A DNA stretch of 64,000 bases from Bryobacteraceae bacterium (GTDB lineage Bacteria > Acidobacteriota > Terriglobia > Bryobacterales > Bryobacteraceae), in the NCBI GenBank assembly GCA_025062235.1, contig JANXAE010000001.1:493-64492 (forward strand), given 5' to 3'. This document shows, piece after piece, positions 58,072 to 64,000 of this stretch. The notes beneath the pieces are model-generated. The model was not told the DNA's origin and searched no databases. It saw only the letters and a program-made list of their open reading frames with translations. The number at the start of each line of letters is the position of its first letter. The stretch's first letter is position 1. The position numbers and the translations under genes are program-made.

Positions 58072-59169
58072 TCACGCCAGCTTGAGATTCGCCTCAGCCT
58101 TGAGGGAGAAATCCGCCGTTTCGCCGCGTTCGAGCTTGGGCCAAGCAGCCGCGGCAATCATGGCAGCGTTGTCGGTGGCCAGCTCGGGAGAGGGGAAAAA
58201 AACGGGACAGGGCAGCGGGCGCCTCATCGCCTCCTCGCGCAAACCGCGGTTGGACGCGACGCCCCCGGAAAGGATGATGGAACGTGCGCCGATCTGCTCG
58301 GCCGCCGAGGAGACCCGCCTGAGAAGCTCCTCGATCACCGTGCGCTGGAAAGAAGCCAGCAGATCCAGTGTCGCTTGCGGCGTCACGGCGAGCCACTCCT
58401 CGAGGGAGGGTTTCGGAGTCCGCGCCAGCAAGGCGCGCCGGGCGGCGATCTCGGCACCGAGATCGCGGGCCTCGACCCAACGCAGCACGGCGGTTTTCAG
58501 ACCGCTGAAGCTGAAGTCCAGCGGGTTTCCCTTCATGCGCGCGAGCGTGAAGGGGACCGCCTCGGGATCGCCGAACGCGGCCAAGCGGTCGATCACCGGC
58601 CCCCCGGGATAGCCGAAGCCGAGGAGCTTCGCGACCTTGTCGTAGGCCTCGCCGGCTGCGTCGTCGCGCGTACGCCCGAGCAGGCGATAGCGCGGGCCCT
58701 CCGCGTACTCGAACAGGTGCGTGTGCCCGCCCGAGACCACCAAGGCCAGCGCAGGGTACTCGATCGGCCGGCCCGCGCGTCGGGCCTCCAGCACCACGGC
58801 GTGAATGTGTCCTTCCAAATGATTCACCGCGACCAGCGGCAGGCCCTTGGCGAAGCACAGCGCCTTGGCATACGTCGTGCCTACCAGCAACGAGCCGGCC
58901 AGCCCCGGTCCCGCCGTGACGGCCACCGCGGCCAGTTCCTCCAGACGCTTGCCGGCGCGCTCCAACGCCAGCCGCACCACGGGTACAATGGCTCTCAGGT
59001 GCTCGCGCGAGGCCAGCTCCGGCACCACGCCGCCGTAGGGAAAGTGCGTGCCGAGCTGGGAAGCGACAACCGAGGACAAGATGGTCTGGCCCCGTGCGAC
59101 CACCGCGGCGGCGGTCTCGTCGCACGAGGTTTCGATGCCCAGGATCGGGGCGGGCGACGTTTCTGACAT
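58072..59169 (-). CDS. tsaD: tRNA N6-adenosine threonylcarbamoyltransferase
   Basis: [28 protein letters not shown] and GGVASN. Confidence 0.95.
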   Translation of the reverse strand: MSETSPAPILGIETSCDETAAAVVARGQTILSSVVASQLGTHFPYGGVVPELASREHLRAIVPVVRLALERAGKRLEELAAVAVTAGPGLAGSLLVGTTYAKALCFAKGLPLVAVNHLEGHIHAVVLEARRAGRPIEYPALALVVSGGHTHLFEYAEGPRYRLLGRTRDDAAGEAYDKVAKLLGFGYPGGPVIDRLAAFGDPEAVPFTLARMKGNPLDFSFSGLKTAVLRWVEARDLGAEIAARRALLARTPKPSLEEWLAVTPQATLDLLASFQRTVIEELLRRVSSAAEQIGARSIILSGGVASNRGLREEAMRRPLPCPVFFPSPELATDNAAMIAAAAWPKLERGETADFSLKAEANLKLA

Positions 59170-60235
59170 GCGCCTGTCCGACTTCGATTATCACTTGCCT
59201 CCCGAGCTCATTGCACAAGAGCCGCTGCCCGACCGTGCGGCCTCGCGGATGCTGGTGCTGGATCGCAGGCGGCAGACTTGGGAGGATCGTTTCTTTCGCG
59301 ACCTTCCCGAATTTCTCGGCCCCGGCGATTGCTTGGTGCTCAACGACTCGCGCGTGTTGCCCGCACGCCTGCTGGGACGCCGCGCAGGCGTGCGTGCGCT
59401 GCCCGTGGGCAGAAAGAATCCCGCGCGCAAGCTACACCTGAAAGGCCAGGTGGAAATCCTCCTGCTCCGCCCCTCCCCCGAGGATCCCTGCGTCTGGCAA
59501 GCGCTGGTTCACCCGGGCCGCAAGATGCGGCCAGGCGAGCGCGTCTTTTTCGGCGAAGACCTCGAGGCGGAGATCCTGCGATGGGGTCCTTACGGAGAAC
59601 GCACCGTCCGCTTGCACTGCAAGGGTGACCTTTACGAGACCCTCGAGCGGGTCGGCCACATGCCCTTGCCCCCTTACATCCGCCGGCCCGACGGCGCCGT
59701 GGACCGCGAGCGCTACCAAACCGTCTACGCGCGCCACCCGGGATCCGTGGCAGCGCCCACGGCAGGCCTCCACTTCACCCCGGAGATTCTGGAACGCTGC
59801 CGGCAGGCCGGCGCCCAGATCGCCTGGGTCACGTTGCACGTGGGCCTGGGCACCTTTCAACCGGTCCGCTCCGACCCGATCGAACAACAGAAGCTGCACT
59901 CGGAGCCGTTCGAGATCACCGAGGAAAACGCCGCCACGTTGCGCGCCGCACGGCGGATCGTCGCCGTGGGAACCACCTCCGTGCGGGTACTCGAAACTGC
60001 CGCCCGCCGGGGAGGTCCGGTCGCCATGCGCGGCGAAACCGACCTGTTCATCTACCCAGGCTTCGAGTTCCGCGCCACGCACGCCCTGCTCACCAACTTC
60101 CACCTGCCGCGGAGCAGCCTGCTCATGCTGGTGTGCGCCTTCGCGGGTCGCGATTTCACCCTGGCCGCCTACCGACACGCCGTCGAGCAGCGCTACCGCT
60201 TCTACTCTTACGGCGACTGCATGTTGATCCTCTGA
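59168..60235 (+). CDS. queA: S-adenosylmethionine:tRNA ribosyltransferase-isomerase
   Basis: [43 protein letters not shown] and VGTTSVR. Confidence 0.95.
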   Translation: MRLSDFDYHLPPELIAQEPLPDRAASRMLVLDRRRQTWEDRFFRDLPEFLGPGDCLVLNDSRVLPARLLGRRAGVRALPVGRKNPARKLHLKGQVEILLLRPSPEDPCVWQALVHPGRKMRPGERVFFGEDLEAEILRWGPYGERTVRLHCKGDLYETLERVGHMPLPPYIRRPDGAVDRERYQTVYARHPGSVAAPTAGLHFTPEILERCRQAGAQIAWVTLHVGLGTFQPVRSDPIEQQKLHSEPFEITEENAATLRAARRIVAVGTTSVRVLETAARRGGPVAMRGETDLFIYPGFEFRATHALLTNFHLPRSSLLMLVCAFAGRDFTLAAYRHAVEQRYRFYSYGDCMLIL

Positions 60236-62361
60236 CCGCCGGCACCCCCTCCCGTTTCGCCGGGCTTGAGCGCAACCAGGAAACCATCGGCGAGGCCGCC
60301 GGCGTGCCGCGGCTGCAACGCTCCGGGGGAGACCGGAAAATTCCGATCCTGCAAGGAACCCGCAACGTAAATCGTCCCGTCGGGCCCCACCGCGATGCCG
60401 TAGCCCACATTGACGCCCGCCCGGCCCAGGTACGTGGCGTACTTCAGCGCTGCCGGGCCAGCCACGGCAGGATCGAAAATTGCGCAGAAGGCTTCCACGC
60501 CCTCGCCGAAATCCTTCTGCGCGGCTTGGGGAGTGACCGGGAAGTCCGGGGAGAGGGTATAGCCTGTCAGGTAGATCCAGCCCTTGCTATCGAGCGCCAC
60601 ATCGTAGGCCACCTCGCCGCCGCTGGCGCCGAAATAAGTGGAGTACAGCAGGCCCTGTTCGCCGGGGCGCGAAGGATCGAGGATGGTGACAAAGGCCTGG
60701 CCTGGGCGACGCGGTGCGGGTTGGAGAGCGGTCGGCGTCACGGGGAAGTCGGTCGAAAGCGTATAGCCGGTCAACACCAGCTCGCCGTTGCGCCCTTTGA
60801 CCATCCGGCGCGGCGCCTCGCTGCCGCTGCCTCCCAAGTAACTCGAGTACACGAGAGCGTCGTACTCGGGCCGATTCATGTCGAGCACGGTCAGGAACAC
60901 GTCGCCGCCCTGCTGGTAGGAGGCACGCAAGGCGTCGCCCGAAACGTGGTATAGCTGCGAGGAAGTCTCCCCGGCGACAGCCACGAGCCCTGGGCCAAGT
61001 GCGACAACCGCGCGGACCTGGTCGTTGTATTCTCCCCCGATGTAGCTCGAATAACGGATCACCGCGCCGGGTTCGGGGGCGTTGGGATCCAACCAGACGA
61101 TGAAGCCATCCTGATCGCCCCAGCGGCCTCGTTGCAACACCTTCTCCTTCACCGGGAAATCTTCCGAACGTGTCACGCCGGCCACGTAAATGTTGCCGGC
61201 GGCATCGGAGGCGATAGCGTACCCCGTGTCGCTGTCGCTGCCCCCCAGATACGTCGAGAACACCAACGCGAAGGGCCCCGGAATCGCCGGGTTCAGCTTG
61301 ACGACAAAGGCGTCCTGCCCGGTGTCGCCAGCACGGTTGACCTGCGGGGCGTTGCCGCCCAGCGGGAAGTCGGTGGATTGGGTCCAGCCGGTCAGATAGA
61401 CGTTGCCCTCGGCGTCCACCTCGATGGCGTTTGGCGTATCGGCCTCGCTTCCCCCGAGATACGTGAAGTAGGAGAGCGCGTCGAGGCCTTCCTTGCTCAG
61501 ATCCAGTCGGGCGACGAAGATGTCGCGCTTGCCCGCGCCGCTGGTCTGCGCTGCGTCGGCGGTCACGGCGAAGTCACCGGAAGAGGTGTAGCCGGCGATG
61601 TAGACGGCGCCTTTCCCATCCACCCGCACGCCGATGATGGTGTCGTTGGTGACCGTGCCGAAGTAGGTGGCATAGACGAGCACCGGGTCCACTACCAGCG
61701 TGCGGCTGGCGTCATACGGCCCCACCTCGATGCCGACCCGGTTGTTTCCGAGCAGGCGGTAGCGGCAGGGGACAGGATCCCTGCGTTGCCTTCCGGTTTG
61801 CCATGCCACGGGCTTCTTGTGCAGCAGGCGGTGACGCCCCGCGCGGATCTCCAGATCGCCTTGCGGAGTCATGCGCACGCCCTCCGCGCCTTCGAAACGC
61901 AGCCGCACGGTCGACGGATCGGCGCCCGGCGCGATCTCCAGGTCGTACTCGAGCGATGGCCCGGCGGCGTAGAAACGCGCGGCGATGCCCGGGTAGAGCT
62001 CACGATAGCGCACGGCGCGGTAAACAGGCACGTCTAGCCGCCATTGCTCCGGGCCACGACCGAGAAAGTAGTCGCTGCGGGATGCAGCCCTGCCCTCTCC
62101 TTCGACCGCCGTCTCCCGGCGCCCGCCCTCCCATCGGATGCGCAGCGCTCCGCCGTCCTTAAACCGCAGCCGCACCTCCGCCGGTCTGAACTCAGCCAGA
62201 TATTCGGGGAAGTGCCCGAGAAAGCGCGCCTCTCCGGACCCGCTCGCAGCCGGCTCGAAGCGCGGGGGGATCGGGCCGGACCACGTCCTTCCCTCGGGGG
62301 CAGGACCTGCCAGGCACAGACCCGCGAACATCCAGCACAGCACGCAACGCCGCATCGTCAT
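60208..62361 (-). CDS. secreted beta-propeller-repeat (SBBP-type) protein
   Basis: Signal peptide. Many repeats of the type YSTYLGGSGSD.GYAIA.D..GN.Y..G.T.S.DFPVT. Confidence 0.8.
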   Translation of the reverse strand: MTMRRCVLCWMFAGLCLAGPAPEGRTWSGPIPPRFEPAASGSGEARFLGHFPEYLAEFRPAEVRLRFKDGGALRIRWEGGRRETAVEGEGRAASRSDYFLGRGPEQWRLDVPVYRAVRYRELYPGIAARFYAAGPSLEYDLEIAPGADPSTVRLRFEGAEGVRMTPQGDLEIRAGRHRLLHKKPVAWQTGRQRRDPVPCRYRLLGNNRVGIEVGPYDASRTLVVDPVLVYATYFGTVTNDTIIGVRVDGKGAVYIAGYTSSGDFAVTADAAQTSGAGKRDIFVARLDLSKEGLDALSYFTYLGGSEADTPNAIEVDAEGNVYLTGWTQSTDFPLGGNAPQVNRAGDTGQDAFVVKLNPAIPGPFALVFSTYLGGSDSDTGYAIASDAAGNIYVAGVTRSEDFPVKEKVLQRGRWGDQDGFIVWLDPNAPEPGAVIRYSSYIGGEYNDQVRAVVALGPGLVAVAGETSSQLYHVSGDALRASYQQGGDVFLTVLDMNRPEYDALVYSSYLGGSGSEAPRRMVKGRNGELVLTGYTLSTDFPVTPTALQPAPRRPGQAFVTILDPSRPGEQGLLYSTYFGASGGEVAYDVALDSKGWIYLTGYTLSPDFPVTPQAAQKDFGEGVEAFCAIFDPAVAGPAALKYATYLGRAGVNVGYGIAVGPDGTIYVAGSLQDRNFPVSPGALQPRHAGGLADGFLVALKPGETGGGAGGQRINMQSP

Positions 62362-62428
62362 GGCTCCCCGAAAGCAGGGCCGCAGGCCCTCGTTCCCAGT
62401 TTAACCGCCCGCAGCGAGCTCCCGCCGG

Positions 62429-64000
62429 TCACAGCACGATCCGCTGGTCACCGTCGCGGCGAGTCACTCGTTCGCGATCCAAGTATTCGAGCAGCGGGAT
62501 CGCGTATTTCCGTGACAGCCCCGTCCACTGCTTGAAGCGCGCAACGTCGAACCTCTCGCCTTTGTGCGCGCTGACGAGTGCGCGCAGTTCGGCCAAAGCC
62601 GCGGCGTGGAAAAGCATCTCGTCGGAGAGGCGCACCAGCGTGCCCTTGCGCAGAAGAAGCTCGAGCAGCCTCCGGGCCCGCGCGGCATCCAGTCCGGCGC
62701 GCGCCAGCGCTTCAGCCGCTGTGGGCGGAGTCCAGCCTGCCACCCTGAACGAGGCTTCGATCGTCTCGAGGGCTCGATGTTCTTCCTCGCTCAAGGTGAG
62801 GCTGTGCGTGGCCAGTCGCAGCGTATCGCCCTCCGCCACCACGCCAGCAGTGCGCCCCAGGACCTCATCCCACAGGAACGCGGGCGCGCCGGGAAGCACC
62901 AGGTTCCTGGCCTCTTCGCGGGGCATGCCGGCCCGCAAGGGGTTCGCACGGTGATAAGCGGCTAGCGCTTCGCAGAGGCGCTCCGACGCCAGCTCCAGCA
63001 CGTGTCGGCTAACGAGCCAGGAGCCGGCCTGCTGCAAGAGCACGAGCTTGGCGGCCGGTGCGGCCTGCTCGATCTCCTGGGGCAACAATCCCGTGCGCGC
63101 CACCAGTTCGCCGAGTCCACTGCCGTACCGAGTCTCGCCGACCAGAAGGCTGAGCTTTTCCGGGATGGATCCGCTCGCCAACACCGCAAGCCTCGTGCCG
63201 GGATGTTCTCCATGCCGGTATCGGCGCGGTGCGATGTCGACGACCGTGCCCCCACCGATCGTAACGACCGGCGAGAACATCCTGATGATGAAGCGGTCGC
63301 CGGGCAAGACCAAAGCCGGTTCGCGGAGCACGAGGCGCGCCCAAGTGGAGGAGCCCGGTTCCAAACGCGAGGCCGGTTCGAGGAGCCTCACTTCCGCTTC
63401 GATCTCGGCCGTACCCGCATGGAAGTGGACCGGGGCGCGGTCCTTGAGCGGTTTGGCGCTCGCCAGCAGCTCGAGCCTGCAATCGAACCGCGTTACGGGA
63501 CGGAAAAGTCCGGGTGCCGTCAGGACCGTGCCGCGCGGCAGTTCGGCCGGCTCCGCACCCGCCACGTTCAAGGCCGTCCTCTGGCCCGCCCGTGCGCGTT
63601 CCACCGGCTCGCCGTGGACCTGGATGCCGCGCACGCGGAGACGCCGACCGAGCGGGTGCGCCTCGACCTCTTCGTCGCACCTCACCGCGCCGGAAACCAA
63701 CGTGCCGGTTACGACGGTGCCGAAACCGCGCAACGTGAAGGAGCGGTCCACCGGAAGGCGGAAGTGGCGGCTGGCGTCCTTCTCCGGCGTGGCTGCGGCC
63801 ACGGCTCGGAGCGCTGTTTTCAGCTCCTCCAACCCTTGACCGGTCGCTGCGCTGACCGGGATCACGGGTGCGCCTTCGAGAAACGAGCCTCTGACGAATT
63901 CCTCGATCTCCAGCTTCACCAGCTCGATCAGATCGGCTTCGACGAGGTCGGCCTTGGTCAGCGCCACCAGGCCCCGCTGTATGCCGAGGAGGCGGCAGAT
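62429..64000 (-). CDS. selB: selenocysteine-specific translation elongation factor (C-terminal about 520 aa; N-terminal GTPase part runs off the window)
   Basis: End of the G domain (TKADLV, SAATGQGLEEL), EF-Tu-like domains II/III and a long C-terminal winged-helix region (GLSRKYAIPLLEYLDRERVTRR). The frame is open to nt 64000. Confidence 0.85.
   Translation of the reverse strand: MCRLLGIQRGLVALTKADLVEADLIELVKLEIEEFVRGSFLEGAPVIPVSAATGQGLEELKTALRAVAAATPEKDASRHFRLPVDRSFTLRGFGTVVTGTLVSGAVRCDEEVEAHPLGRRLRVRGIQVHGEPVERARAGQRTALNVAGAEPAELPRGTVLTAPGLFRPVTRFDCRLELLASAKPLKDRAPVHFHAGTAEIEAEVRLLEPASRLEPGSSTWARLVLREPALVLPGDRFIIRMFSPVVTIGGGTVVDIAPRRYRHGEHPGTRLAVLASGSIPEKLSLLVGETRYGSGLGELVARTGLLPQEIEQAAPAAKLVLLQQAGSWLVSRHVLELASERLCEALAAYHRANPLRAGMPREEARNLVLPGAPAFLWDEVLGRTAGVVAEGDTLRLATHSLTLSEEEHRALETIEASFRVAGWTPPTAAEALARAGLDAARARRLLELLLRKGTLVRLSDEMLFHAAALAELRALVSAHKGERFDVARFKQWTGLSRKYAIPLLEYLDRERVTRRDGDQRIVL

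Overview
High-GC (about two-thirds G+C by eye, not computed) bacterial chromosomal window with dense gene packing. I call about 55 protein-coding genes, one tRNA-Ser(GGA), one decayed IS5-like transposase remnant and one truncated oxidoreductase gene. Several proteins point to an Acidobacteriota-like (Solibacter/Bryobacter-type) genome. These are an NHL-repeat protein whose C-terminal domain resembles the TIGR03437 'Soli_cterm' family, a PEP-CTERM protein, an SBBP beta-propeller protein and a PmoA/DUF6807-like protein. This assignment is inference, not a search result. Most of the window is core metabolism and housekeeping: pgk, glmU, yvcK, ribD/ribE, ftsY, truB, rlmH, tsaD, queA, pta-ackA, xylB, a ROK glucokinase and selB. 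I found no CRISPR array, prophage, intact mobile element or recognisable defence system. The best candidate for an unusual system is a four-gene, translationally coupled corrinoid methyl-transfer operon at 8987-12513. It encodes a corrinoid protein, two Zn-motif MtaA/URO-D-like methyltransferases and a stand-alone MetH-type activation domain, and has a structured leader. Other items worth a second look: a 1.07-kb gene-less GC-rich stretch (13471-14540); a rearrangement scar between ackA and tRNA-Ser holding the truncated gene, an A/T-richer PEP-CTERM gene and the IS remnant; a LemA/NTase/TPM trio; and tsaD/queA start codons that overlap head to head. All homology statements come from reading the translated ORFs against remembered family signatures. 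No database search was run. Start codons were chosen by eye and several are uncertain.
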